Below are positions 25,903 to 39,860 of a DNA stretch of 64,000 bases, one piece after another. The stretch is from Podarcis gaigeae (lineage: Eukaryota), in NCBI GenBank assembly GCA_964106915.2, contig OZ066927.1, one strand, 5' to 3'. The number at the start of each line of letters is the position of its first letter. The stretch's first letter is position 1. The position numbers and the translations under genes are program-made. The notes under the pieces are model-generated. The model ran no database searches. It saw nothing but the letters and a program-made list of their open reading frames with translations, and had not been told where the DNA came from.

Positions 25903-26888
25903 TAAGCCAACAACCACTGTGGGAAACTGGACTTTGGCCTTTATATAAGATTTTGTATTTGATCCAGCAGGACTCTGGTGCATTGGTGACACCATCTATC
26001 TAGATGCTGCTGTCAACCGGCCATGGAAGCAATCTCCATGGGACAGACTGTGTCCACCAGGGATGATGGGAGCTGTAGTTCAGCAACTAAGTAAAAAAAG
26101 CATGTGCATGAGCTTGCGTTTTAAGCCATTATTATTAACGATATTCAGTTTAGAAAAGGTTCTGGGCCTATTAAGAAATACTTACTTGGCACTAGGAGGC
26201 GGGATTGCCCCCAACCCATTAACCAAAGACATTTCAAGGTTCCTTAGGATATAATCATAAAACATTCCAATGAAGTTCTGCTTTCTAAGGATAATGAGAC
26301 ATTGAAGGTCTTTATGAACTCTCAGCTTGAATAAAACTAATACCCCTAGTTAGATGAAGAAACCCCCAATAGAGGATTTTCATCGGTGACCGAGCCTCTG
26401 TTTTCCTTTCTTTCCAATAGAGCATTTACATATCACAGCATTTTTTGGGCTGAAGTCCAGGAGATAGTTTTAATTTTAAACTCATTTTCTTCTCTTACCC
26501 TTGCCACATTCTCTCCTAGTCCTCCCTGGGTTGTAAGCTTGATCTGATGTTTGGTTTTTGCTTTGTTTTTAATGTCATCTTCAAAAACTTTTCTCAGTTT
26601 AAACTTGGCCATCTGAGAAACGATACATTTAGAAAAATAGCCCCCAAGGTTTTCAAAGTGGGTTCCTTGGAGTAGTAAGAGACTGGTACACCTTTTTACA
26701 AGCAAGCACAGCCTGATATCAATGGCTGCTGACCACAATGGCTATGTTCTGCTCCACTGCCAGAGGTATTCTGTCTCAGAATAGCAGCTGCTGGTGGTCG
26801 GAGACAGGGAGAGTGCAGCTGTGCTCAAGTTGCTCATACAGGGAAACCACCACCTGCTGTTTATAGCATAATAATAAAACAATAATAT

Positions 26889-27350
26889 TTTTTTATTTAT
26901 ACCCCGCCCTTCCCGGTTCAGAAAACTGGGCTTGGGGTGGATAACAACAAATTTAAAACACTTAATTGATGCAACAGTAAACAGCATAAAATACAGTATA
27001 AAACGTGAATAACAATAAATTCAGAATTCAAAAATCAATTTAGGGGGGAAATCCATCCAATAAACATTAGATGATCACCAGAGCTAGCTGGCTAAATTAG
27101 TCCTATTTGGGCCAGCGAGGAGACCAGGGGAGAATTAGCTGTGGGATCCCAGAGCAGGTAATCTTCATAAAAAGGGAAGGAAGGGAAATAAAAGATCAGG
27201 CTAAGTTCAAATTGAAAGCCAGGCAGAATTGCTCTGCCTTACAGGCACTGCAGAAGGAAGTTAAATCCTACCGGGCCCATGGGACAGAGCATTCCACCAG
27301 GTTGGAGCCATCACTGAGAAGGCCCTGGCCCTGGTAGAAGATAATCTGGG
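26889..27350 (-). mobile_element. L2-clade LINE 3' end
   Basis: RAFSVMAPTWWNAL peptide (ORF 27261..27446) and gggcggggtataaataaa tail on the minus strand. Confidence 0.75.
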
Positions 27351-29788
27351 AACGTAAGAACAGCTCTGCTGCATTGGGCCAGAAGACCTCTCATAGCGAA
27401 CAACTAGATTCCCCAGTGGGAAGTCGGCAAGCGGGACTGAGCACAACAGCCTCTCCCTACATGTGATTCCCAGAAACTGGCATTAAGACAGTGGAAGTAG
27501 CCTCAATGTTTCTCAGCCTAACCTACCTAATGGTTTGGGGCAGGGGACTTGGTAGTGTGCCTTAAGCTTCTTGGAGAAAAGTTAGGATGTACTAGGGTTG
27601 CCTTAGGACATCCTAAGGAAAAGTGAGATATTCCGAGATCAAATCAGAACTGGGATGGCTTCTGTAATTCCGGGATTGTCCCTGGAAAATAGGGACACTT
27701 GGAGGCTTTGAGAGTCAATTCCCCAAAGCCTGTTGGAACAAGAAGTCACCTGTCAGAAGAAGACCAACAAGGAGGGAGCTAGTCTAGCTTCTCTAGGGAG
27801 GAACTTTCAGATTCCAGGAGCCGCCAGCTTCTCCTGCTTTTTTCACTGGGGCTATTCTATAGATTTGGGATTTTTTTGTTGTAAGTGTTCTTTTTATATT
27901 TTGGTATTACGCTTTATGGGTTGTATTCCACTCAGTCCTGCTCAGGTTAGACCTGTCGCAATTACTGGCCCAGAGGAGCATGTTCATTCATTTCAATGGC
28001 TCTGGACTGAGTAGGATTAGCACTGAGTTGTATTCAATGCTAGTCCTACTCAGGAATTTACCCATTGAGATTCATGGACATAACAAACTTCAGTTGACAT
28101 TAATGAGCCTGTTGGGTATATTCAGTGGATAGCTAGAAACTGGAAAGAAGTACATCTAAACAGATGCACAAGAATGGTATAACATAATTTGGGACATAGC
28201 ATTTAATGAAAAACTGATGCAATAAATTTCTGTGGGTAGAGGGAGGGAACTGAAGAGACTTTTATGGCAGACTGGTGGTCATTTGTCCAGCCCATGAACA
28301 AAGGTTCTACAGAAGAAACTGTACTTGCCACATTCCATAATACATTAACATTCTCCTCCATATTGATGAAACTTTCAGTTTCTCTCTGTTCCTGTATGAA
28401 CCTTTAATATTATTGTTTACATCTGGCTATGCCTTTGGGTTGTGGAAAAGGGTTTGTAAATTTACTTAAAAATACATATATGGGGGTGAAATGGGTGGGG
28501 AGAGAAATTAATGAGCCTGACTACTTTGAGCAGAACTTGGATACAAACTTTTAAAAGTCACAGTTAAAGACTCTTTTACGTAGCAAGCGACTAATACATT
28601 GAACGGATAACAATAATAAATACATATAATTAGATCTTCATCAAGGGAACGCTGGCAGTAGAGGCAACGGTTGAGAATTTTGCATAGCTGCTGTGTTTTA
28701 GGATTGTGGCATTGAAACACAGTTCAATGAAAAGATCGCAAGAAACAAGAGAGCTCAGCATTTTCTTTTAAAAAAATGATTATTGCACTTGTTAACTTGT
28801 TAAATTCATTCTTGGAGTAAACTTAAAGTAGGAAAGTAAAGATAATCTCTGAAAAGATCATCCGAGCACGCCGGTGTTTGCCTAGAAACGAACCCTAAGA
28901 TGTCAGCCATTGAGGCCTTTTCATGTGGAAAGATCGCTAAGTAAATTCCCTAAATGTCTATTCATCCCCCATAAGATGGCAAATCAGTGAAGCAGCAAAT
29001 GTGAAAATCGGCAGGGCTTTACGATAGAGAGGGAGAGAGAATGTGTGTTTCTTCCCCTGCAAATGCTAAATTGAAATGCAGATTCTGACCCCGGGAGACT
29101 TTTAAAGCTCACTTGAGTGAACATCAAAGGAAGGTCTCAGGCTTCTGCAATCTAGCCATTTAGGTTGATTGATAGACAGATACTCCAATTGGTCTGGACT
29201 TAGTCAATGGTTAACTTGTTCGTTATTCATCAGGGCAATAATGAACTGTTCCTTGAGATGGTTGGAGAGTTTGTAAATGCAGGCTACTTAGGGGGATCAC
29301 TGTGTTGATAGAGTTCCCTGGCTGGGTTTGCTCCCTGTGCAACTTGGAGTGCGAGTCATTTTGCTCCACAGGCAACGTATTCAAAAGGAATTGCCGCAGC
29401 ATTTGAAAAAGAAGTTCCGTGTTCCCGACTACAGGCATAGAGTGACTAAAAGCACATTTCCGCGGATAAACCGCTGCAAATGTGCCTCTTTCCCTTTTTA
29501 ATGTCCAGCTGGGTGTAAGTGGAACCTGCAACCCAAAATCCCACAAGTTCAGGGGCAATAATGCTTCTTGAATACCAGTTGCTGGAAATTCTGCTGCACT
29601 CAGGTCCTGCTTGTGGGTTTCCCAGAGGCATCTGGTTGGACCTCAAGAACAGGATGCTGAACTAAATGAGCCACTGGCCTGACACATCAGGCTCTTCTTA
29701 TGCTCTTAATTGGTAGTGGAACCTTGCTTCCTGGAAGAGTTTCAAGCTAGCTAACCATTCCCTCCTTCCAGAATGCTGTAGTCTTGTT

Positions 29789-29924
29789 AGACTTCTCAAC
29801 CTGCGGGTCCCCAGATGTTGTTGGACTACAACTCCCATCATCCCTGAGCTCTGGCCTTGCTAGCTAGGGGTGATGGGAGTTGTAGTTCAACAACATCTGG
29901 GTACCCACAGGTTGAGAAAGGCTG
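29789..29924. mobile_element. Short fold-back hAT-type MITE (actacaactcccatc / gatgggagttgtagt family; ~10 degraded copies in the window)
   Basis: Near-perfect ~55-bp inverted arms. Confidence 0.8.
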
Positions 29925-31229
29925 TAAGAAAAACATTCTGTTTCTTCCCTTGCAAGTTTTCCATTTTTTCTTTTCCAATTAACCATCAACATTCTGTGAC
30001 TACTGAGCATGCTCAAACCTCAATGAGTTGTTGGGAGGTGAGTTGACTTTTTAAAAGGGATAGAGTTTTTTTGAATTTCTGCAAACTTCAGGGTTCTCCA
30101 GAGCATGTCTCTCTGTCTCTATCTATCTTTTTAAATAGATGTTATTAAGATTTATAGGGGGAAAATATAGAGTTTAATATCTTTTCCTTTTAAAAACCAA
30201 GACTTTTATCTAGATACTATAAAAGCACAAAAAGGGGGGAGAAAGAAAGGGAGAGAGAACAATTAAATAAGTAAATAAATAGAATAGAATAGAAGAGGTT
30301 AAAAGAGAAAGATAGAGGAATAAGATTCAGAAAGTAAAGAACTTCCAGTTCTTCATCTGCCTGCTATATAAAAACAATATTCACTTTGTCCAATCCAACA
30401 TAACACCCAACAAAGCTTCTTTCTATAAACAAACATTATATTCATTCCTCAGATCCAGATATCATTATTTCTTTTTCTTTTTCACACGAAAAGTTCCTTT
30501 CTCTCTTGTTTTTAAATTCCAGATCGACAGTGCAACCCTTCCCCAAAAAGTGTTTGGTGGCTCCTTAAAGACTAGCAAGTTTATTGGCATAAGCTTTTGT
30601 AGATACCATAATAAATCCTTCAGTCTTAATGCACCACAACACTCTTCCCGAGTGACTGCTCATTTTAAAACCTTCTTAGAGCTGCTCCTTTCCCCAGCTG
30701 CTGCTTCCAAGCACTTAGAAAGGATGTGAATAATTTTACAGGTGTGCTCCCTTCACACTTGATGCCAGTTTTGTACTTGTGCTTTTCACAAGGCTGTAGT
30801 TTTGGAGTCAGGACCATTCAGAGCTAGGTGAAATGAGTGGGCAGGTGTAATTCAGGGTTTTTTTAAAAAAAATGTATGGTTAACTGAACTACATTTTAAA
30901 TACGAAATAATAGATCATCTGAATGGAGAAGCATCTTCAATATGAGGTGAAAACCTGTTTGCATAAATTGCTATTGAATTTTCAAACTACAATTTAGTCA
31001 GCGATGTCTTTCAGTAATGTAACATTTTATCTTCTTTTATGAGGAGGGATCCCTCAGATTTGATACAGGAAATACAAATACACTGAATTTTTGTTTCAAG
31101 AAGAGAAAGAGGCTCTCCTGGAATATGTCTCACATGATATCAGTGCCTAGGCAACATCTGCTTGCAAATCTGAACTTGCATTTCAGTGGTAAAGTTCCTG
31201 GTGTGTATGACTATTAGTCTCTGTTTTAA

Positions 31230-31334
<105 letters not shown>

Positions 31335-34300
31335 TAGTGTGGCCTTTTCTGTGCCTCTCAGTATAATAATAAAAATTTGTGGTGATACTTTTCATTTCTT
31401 TTCTTTTTTTGCAATCCAGGTAAAAGTTGGATCACTTTGTGTGATCCATAAAACCGGCACTTTCAACTGCAATTTTCCCAAGAAAGATGTACAGATCTGT
31501 GTATTGGGTAGTGCAGGGCCAAGCATTCTCATGACAGAACACTTTGATCAGAGTTTGAGCATGGCATTCAAATTATTTGTGTGCACACAGTGGAGGCTGG
31601 TTCATGAGAGTGAATGGGGCACTACCCCACTAACCTCAGTCTATCCCATCCTTAATTCCTAAAAAGAGCAAAGTTAGATGTCAAGCCTGGGCCATGGGTA
31701 GAAGTTTGAGATGAGGCCTTAAACCAAGAGACCAACCCATTATTTAGGACCAAGGAGTAAGTCAGAAGCAAAGGACAAACAAAGATACAGGAACAGATCG
31801 GGGAGCCATTGTTGTTTAAACAAGGTTCTGCTGCGACAGGAAGTCCTCTTATATTGTTTCCTGTCCTGGGGGGCAGCCTGAGTTTCCTGTCCCAGGGGGC
31901 AGCCTGAGTCCCTCCAGGGCCTGAAGGTCCTTCACTGAGAAGCTGGCATTTGCAATTCAGTGGCTGACCACGCAGGGCAGACACCCACAGATCCCAGTAG
32001 CTCCTGACAGTGGGAGGTGATGTCATCTTACCAAAACCCACGTTATCTGCCCATTCCATGTGAGAACAGGCTGTGGTTGCTCAGAGATGACATTAAAAAT
32101 GCACTCTGACCCAGCTCAGGGGCACCATTCATTATCCACCTATTCTACAATTTTAGACAAGCAGTTGAAATAAGATTCCAGAGCTAAGCCAGGCACAAAA
32201 TTAAGCCCATTTCGCACCTTCCAGTTAAACAGTGGCATATTTGAGAAGGCTTACCACTTCATGCATATATATCAAGTGAGCTGGGGGGGGGGGAGAGATC
32301 TCTGTCTTTTTGTCACCAAAGTGACAGTGTTGTCATTTTATTTTCTTGCAGAGTATCAATCTGCTCAAAAATATGAAAAGCTTATTATATGTTTATCTAC
32401 TCTAATCTGGTTTCTCTTTTTTTACAAAGAGTTTCCTGAGATCAGCTTACATATTTTATCTCTCTTGCTAATACAGTTTAACCGTATCTTAGGACAGTAC
32501 GGTGTCATATTTTTTAAAGGAGAGAATGTTACTTATCATTCTCAATAGTGCTGAACTTGGATGGTCCCATGCCAATCCCTTTGCAAGTGACACTGGGCCA
32601 CCAAAAATATATTGTTGTTGTTTATTCTGTGTTTCAGGATACTGTGCAAATCCTTCCAGGGTTTCAAGTAATATTTAGACTTCTTAGTAGAATCACTATA
32701 TTATCACAGTAACTATATGAAAACAAAACAATTCGTCAAAGGGTATATCCACACCATACATTGGAAGTACATTATTTCACCCAAGTTATTCTGGGAACTG
32801 TAGTTTCCTATGGGTGTTGGGAACTGTAGCTCTGTAAGGGGTAAACTATACTTCCCGTGGTTCTTTGAGGGAAGCCATGTGCTTTAGGTTTATGATGTGG
32901 GTGTGACCTAAACCCTTTCCACACTGAGCAGTTGGTAGGTAGATGCTTGTTGTGCAGAGATCGAACAGAGGAAAGTCCAGCTGAGGGAAGCTGTTTAGTG
33001 ACTTTTGCACCCCTCTCTCTCTCCCAGAACCCTTCCTACATGGCAGTCTGTGGTAGATATGTTTGGGCTGTGGGAAGTTGGAGCAGGCTTTGAAGTCTAC
33101 CCACACCGCCTGATTTCCTGAGATTTTTCCCATAGAGTACCACATGGTCCCAGGTGTAATGTCTATGGCAGATCCATTGCTTGATCTGATGGTTGTGGAA
33201 CTACCAAGAGGGACCCTTCCTGCCTATCTTAACACCCAGCAAAATTTGTAGGAGCAGAGGTGGTCATTTGGCTATCAACTCACTTAGGGCTGTGTGAGCA
33301 CACCTTGAACTGGGCCTGGAAACAAGCCAGCAACCAGTCATAGACTGGAGCCAACAGTCTTGGCTTCCTGCAAAGAACCCTGGGAAGTGTAATAAGTTCA
33401 GGGTGTTGTTGAGGGACCCCTATTCCTTTCACAGAGCTACGTACAGTTCCCCAGAAAAGAGGATTTGTTTCTTAGACTACTCTGGGAATTGTAGTTATGC
33501 AAGGGGAATAGGGGTCTCCTAACATCTCTCAGCACCCTTAGCAAACTACAGTTCCCATGGGAGAAGTTGTAACTGTGAAAAATGTTGCTTTAAATGTCTG
33601 GTGCAGGTGTAGCCTATGTTGTTTAGGGCTTTGAACACTTATGTGAATGCAACTTGAACTGGGCCCAGAAATGAACTGGAAACGCATTGCTTCATTTTGA
33701 CTGGCAGGTTTTGCATTAGCTGGCATTCCTGTCAAACGATGGGAGTTAAATTAGAAAGGCAATAAGAAAGGGTTATGGAGATATGCCTCCCATTCACTTC
33801 TGACTCTTGTGATCATTGCTCCTCAAACACTGTCAAAAGAAGAAATAAGAGCATGAATTATGACTGTTCCACACAAAGCCATAAGATGCTCACCTCGGCT
33901 GGGACAAGAGCAATTTGGATGAATTAAATCTGCTCATCTTCTCATTAATTTAATATTAAATTGTGCTAATGTGCCACTTGGCCTCTCTTCTGGGGAATAA
34001 TAGGCTGGGTCTTTAATGGGGATTCTGCCTTTGGAATACATAAACAGTTAATTGCATCTTAGGATGTGCTGTGATATATAGGTAGGGCTGCAATATCAGT
34101 TTATGTATTATTCAGAATCAATTATCTCTTTTAAAAAAAAATAACTTCAAATTAATTACAAAGAAAGCAGTAACAAACTTGAGGGGTTGCGATCAAGAAC
34201 AGTCGGATTTCAAGAACTCATCGGTTCAGGAGAGCTGTTCTGGAACCATCTGTGGGCAGAAAGTGGTTGGGCAAAGGGAGAATGTTCCCACGAGTTGAAG

Positions 34301-34418
34301 CCCCTCCCCCAAAGCTGCTGTTCACTTGCAGAAGAGAATGGTATGGCATGGTTTCAGGGGCACTGTTGTGGTGGAGTGGAGTGGCAGCCTCCATTGGATG
34401 GGGTAGGAGGAGTTATGG

Positions 34419-34554
34419 CAGACTTCCTCAAACTCAGCCCTCCAGATGTTTTGAGACTCCACTTCCCATCATCCCTGACCACTGGCCCTGCTAGCTAGGG
34501 ATCATGGGAGTTGTAGGCCAAAAACATCTGGAGGGAAGAGTTTGAGGAAGCCTG
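34419..34554. mobile_element. Fold-back hAT MITE
   Basis: TIR CAGACTTCCTCAAACTC / GAGTTTGAGGAAGCCTG; perfect 8-bp TSD AGTTATGG. Confidence 0.85.
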
Positions 34555-37500
34555 AGTTATGGCATAGAGAAGAGCATTGGTAGTTAAGAACCCAAGAAGA
34601 GCTCTGTTGGAGAAGACCACAGGTGGTCCACCACCCTGTCCTCACAGGGACCAAAACAGATGTCTCACAAGCAGGATCCAAGTATAACCAGCACCTTCCC
34701 AGCAGCAACTGGTTTTCAGAAGCGCACTGCCTCCAACAGCGCAGGTAGAGTACACCCATTGTGGACAGTCGTGGTGCTTTAGTAAGTTGAGTTAATAGCG
34801 CACTGTGTGAAATGCTGTATGGCACCAGCAGCAGGGCATTTCAATTCTGCTCCCAAGCAATTGCTGCAAAGCAGTTCCTCAGCAGGGAGGATGCACTCAG
34901 TGTTATCAGCAGAGTGTTTCTGAGCAATTAATCAGTATGCTGGTCTGAATGGCACATCCAGTAAATGCTTGTGTATTTCTGTAACAATGAATCACCCATT
35001 TAATACCCAGCACTACTAAGTACTGCACATAAAGCAGAATTTATTATCCCTGCGGCCCAAGTATTTTAACCTCTTTGCTCCTGGTAGCATTAATGGTCTC
35101 ACTAGTTATGGGTGCAGCTCTGGGTTTTTTGCCGGGGGTGGGGGAGGCAAGTTACATGTTTGAAATTTTAGCCAAAGGACTCATTGAAACACGTTGGCTA
35201 CAGAATTCCTTCTTATTGTACCTGGGAAACATAATGCAATTGCAGGAGCTGTATACAAAATAAAATATTATTAGCGCACAGGATGTTGTTTTTGTTTTAA
35301 TTTTTTTTTTAAGTGCAAAGCAGGGGCATTTAGAAATGTGTATGTTTTACAGTGACTGCTCTGTTTCTCCACTTTATCACCTGGGTTGCCATAAAACAAA
35401 ACAAAACAAAACTTTACTGCTCATTTTTGGCAAAGCGCCCTCACTTGGCTTTCTATCCTATGCTATTTAAGGAACAGGGTTTTTTTGTTTTTTTGAAATT
35501 GGTGCTAAAATAAATAGGTGTGCTGAAAAACTGGGGTAATATAACTCAGGCTGAAAGGTTAGGGGCGAATCCATGGGAGCAGTGTGAATGCCACTGCAGA
35601 CGAGGATGCAGTTGCAGTAGTGGGACCAGGATGTGGCCCAGATCTGCAGGGGGACATTGGACCATTTTGCATACAGCGAAAAAACATCAGGGGCCACCCC
35701 AGGAGCCCCATACACATAATTGCTTCAGAATTATATGAAAACAGACCCCTCAGTGCAGTTGTGAAAGGTTCAGTCCATCGCCTTGATTCAAAATGGCTTC
35801 CAGTTGTATCCCAACATCCCAAGCCTGCTCATTGATATCAGGAACCATCATGCCAAATTAGGTACAATATCTTAAGGGATATTTAAAAGCACAGCAAAGA
35901 TGACAAATTACTTTCCAAAATATCTAGTAGATGTTTTTTGGGAAGCAGTGTATGATAAAAATCTTCATTTGCCCCTGTTGTTGGCTACTTTTAAAGAAAC
36001 CCATTGATGTTCTTATACTTCACTGCAACAAACTTTTCCATTAAAGTATTGGAAACAAATACATTTTGTGGCATAGATACAGCCTCTCCGCTGGGTGAAA
36101 TATGTGACTATTCGAACCATATGTTAAAAAGTAACAATGACAAATGGTTTGTTAGTAAATACTCCCAACAAATCTGTTGGTTGTTAATTGCTAGGAAGAA
36201 AAGCGGGGGAGGGGGGGACACCGAACCCTGTGCCAACCTTTTTAATTCAAGAAGTCATTTAGATTTTATTGCAGAGCATTAGAATGATTAATGCTGGAAG
36301 AGGAATATTTAATCTCCAATGGACAGTGCTGATTTAGTTTTCTTTGTTCCTTACCTTTCACTGGAAGGACTTATCAGAGGTGGGATTTCAGGTTTTCATT
36401 TCAGTTGTTGCCAAGTTGCAATCAGCAATTAATTAGCCTCGTGGGTGATATTACTCACTTTGAACTGGGAACCGGACAATCCCTGAACAGTATCTTGGCT
36501 CTAAGCTTCTGCAGGGACACACACACACACATACACTTTTTAAAAAATTCAGGGGTGCAAAGCCTTTTCCAAGCCAAGGGCCACAATCCCTTCTGACTAA
36601 CCTTCCAGGGGCCACATGCCAGTGGTGGGCAGGGCCAGAAGTAAAAGTGGGTGGTGCAATTAATGTAATTTCACAGGCTAATTTTTACACATTCTCAGCC
36701 CCTTTGTCTGCCAGCCAGGCAAGCAACAGGCATTATTATCCAAATTCAAGGACACATTCCAGGCAAAATTTTCTAGAGTGTGACTTCATTATACACTTTA
36801 GGCGCTAGGTGAAAACATCCCTCTTTAACCAGGCCTTACCTGACTGGCATCCAATGTCCTTTTAAAATGTGTTGGGGAGGGGGGGAATGTATTGTGTTGT
36901 CTTTGTTTTCATTATGTATTTTGTGTCTTTATATTGTGATTTTATGTTGAAACTGCCCTGAGACCTGCAGGTATAGGGCGGTATACCAACTTAATAAATA
37001 ATAATAGTAATAATAGGTCCTGTGAGGAGTGTGGCCTGGGCTGAGGAGAGTTCTGAGGGCCTGAAAATAATCCATGTAAATTGCATATTCAAAGTAAACG
37101 TGGTTTTTTTCAGAGGCGTCCCCACCACCATCACCAAATAATAGAAATAAATGACTGAACTTTCACATGCATGCATATTTAATTTCGCAGAGAATTGCAT
37201 AAATATTGTATTTGGAGATTCTAGAACACCCCATTAAAATTGCAAGACATTTCCATTATCCCTTTTATAATAGAATGTGGAATTAGGAGCTCATCTATGG
37301 AAATAAAATGAAATAAAAAATTCTCAACTTCTTATCTTCCCTTTTGTCCTCTAAGCACCGTAAACACACAGAGAGGCTCGTATGTCTGGGCTTTGTTTTT
37401 CATTAATTAGATTTGGAAAACAGCCCATTTTCTTTCTCTGGGCTGTGTTGCTTTTTGAAATAAATTCTAATCAAGGATAAGAATGCTAACTGCTTAAGCG

Positions 37501-37982
37501 CCAGAGTTTCGTGGGGAACAGGAAGGTACACAAAGGTGTTTAGTGCAATGTTTAAGAGAGAGTGAGTCAGTGTACACACCATATACTTAAAACACATTTC
37601 CCACTCCCAAGAATGTTGGGAACTGTAGTTACACCTCACCGAGCTACAGCACCCAGCACCCTTAAGAAACTACAGTTCCCAAGATTCTTTGGGCAAAGAC
37701 ACGTGCTTTAATTGTATGGTGTGTACACAGCCAGAGAAGGGAGCTAATTGTCCCTTATTTACTATCCTCTGTTTTCTTCTACCTGCTGCTGGTGAATCTT
37801 CTATTCCTCAGACAATTTGAATGACATTTTTCACAGTGGAGGTTGCTCTAATGCTGCTTTAGTTGTTTCTCTCTTTTCCCCACCCCCTTTTACCTCCTGC
37901 TATAATCACATATGTTCCAAGAGTCTCTTATCTTTCTTACCCGTTACGTGTATTTTTAACATTTCCTTTCCCTCCTCTCCAG

Positions 37983-38199
37983 GTTTATTAGAAAACAAGG
38001 GCTGGACAGGCTTTTCCTGGAATGTGATACCCACATGTGGCGCCTTGGTGACCGGAAGATTCCGGAAGGAATAACGGTGGATGGCGGGTCAGACTGGTTC
38101 CTGCTGAACAGGAAGTTTGTGGAATATATCACCTTTTCTAATGATGACCTGGTGACGAAGATGAAAAGGTTCTACTCCTACACATTACTCCCAGCTGAG
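37983..38199 (+). CDS. XYLT1: XYLT1 exon 7 (217 nt): [22 protein letters not shown]...DGGSDW...YTLLPAE
   Basis: Acceptor ccctcctctccag|GTTT, donor GCTGAG|gtgagt; ends in PAE (human catalytic Glu529 equivalent). Confidence 0.96.
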
Positions 38200-38315
38200 G
38201 TGAGTAAACTTGCGGAGAGCCCTGCCCCACCACAGAAAAATAAAAACAGCACAGGGGTAATTCCTGAATGTCTGAATTATAGCTGTTCAGTGTTATGAAA
38301 GGCTTTTTCCTTTGG

Positions 38316-38346
38316 TTATTGGTTGGTTGGTTGGTTGGTTGGTTGG

Positions 38347-38388
<42 letters not shown>
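38316..38388. repeat. Compound microsatellite (TTGG)n(TTGC)n
   Basis: Direct reading, ~120 nt downstream of the exon 7 donor. Confidence 0.95.
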
Positions 38389-38795
38389 TGAAGCTGCTCC
38401 ACTTTAACATACATTACCTTTCTAAAAATCAAGGCCAGCCCTATCATTAGGCAGGGTGAGGAAGCTGCCTCAGGTGATGGAACCTGATTGGTATGTTGTG
38501 GAGGGAGCAGAATTATTGCCGGCTGTTCCTCCTGAGTTCACGGAGGACAAGGCTATCAGTGTGGCTCCTCATATCATGTATACTGCCCTCCAGGGTCAGA
38601 GGTGGTATTCCCCTGAATGCAAGTCCCTGGTGAGAAATGATGGGGGAAATGCTGTTGCCCTCTTGTCCTGTTTTGGACTTCTCACAGGTAACTGGTTGGC
38701 CACCATGGGGAGGGTGGAGGAAGGATGCTGGACTAGACAGCCCTTTGTTCTGATCAAGCCGAGGTCTCTTTTTGTTCCATGAGGAACACCTAGTC

Positions 38796-39045
38796 CAGGC
38801 ATCAGCAAACTTTTTCAGCAGGGAGCTGTCCACTGTCACTCAGACCTTGTGGGGGGCCAGACTATATTTTGAAGGGGGAAAATGAATGAATGCCTGTGCC
38901 CCACAAATAACACAGAGATGCATTTTAAATAAAAGGACACATTCTACTCATGTAAAAACATGCTGATTCCTGGACCGTCCATGGGCCTGATTTAGAAGGC
39001 AGTTGGGCCGGATCTGGCCCCCGGGCCATAGTTTGCCTACCCATG
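38796..39045 (+). mobile_element. hAT MITE, copy 2 (same family as 6620-6870)
   Basis: High similarity to copy 1; perfect 8-bp TSD ACCTAGTC. Confidence 0.88.
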
Positions 39046-39648
39046 ACCTAGTCCAACCTTTAGCGTTCCACCAGAGGCCCCCAGGCCCCCCTAAAAAAAG
39101 CTCAACAAGTTCCAGCACCTCTTTTTCTAGAAAAAAAAGCCTTCATAAGCCTAAAGCCAATGTTTGTCCCACAGCAGCTGGCATTCAGCAACTGAACAGG
39201 GAGACTCAGTTTAGCTATCGTAATGAACAGCCCAAGTCAGCCAAACCTGTTGCCCTCCAGATATTTGCAGGCTACAGCTCCCACCATGATTGATCATTGG
39301 CTACACTGGCTGAGTCCAACAGCATCTAGAGGGCAACGAGATAGGGAACGATAGCCTAAGCTCTGTGAGATTAAGAAAGCTTGTGGCATATGGGGTTTTC
39401 AGTTAAGAGAAAGGGTGAATAAGAAGCAACATGATACAGTTTGCAGAATTATGTGTGGCATGAAGGAAATGGCTAGAAGAAAGTATTTCTCCCTCTTTCA
39501 TAACACTAGAACTTGTGGAGGTCCGTTGAAGCTGAATTTTGGGAGAGTCCAAGAAAAGAAAGTACTTCTCCATGCAGCCCCTTGTTGAACTATGGAACTC
39601 CCTCCTGCAGGACTGCTGCCAATTTGGACGGCTTAAAAAGAGGTTTAG

Positions 39649-39860
39649 GGATGCAGGTGGCACCGTGGGTTAAACCACAGAGCCTAGGACCTGCTGATCA
39701 GAAGGTTGGCGGTTCGAATCCCCGCGACTGTGTCAGCTCCCGTTGCTTGGTCCCTGCTCCTGCCAACCTAGCAGTTTGAAAGCACGTCAGAGTGCAAGTA
39801 GATAAATAGGTACTGCTTCGGCAGAAGGTAAATGGTCAGGGGTCCCTTTACCTTTACCTT
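39649..39860 (+). mobile_element. Sauria SINE with internal deletion, nested in an old CR1-like fragment
   Basis: Same head and tail as 15448-15802; imperfect TSD ttaaaaagaggtttag / ttaaaagaagtttag. Confidence 0.88.
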
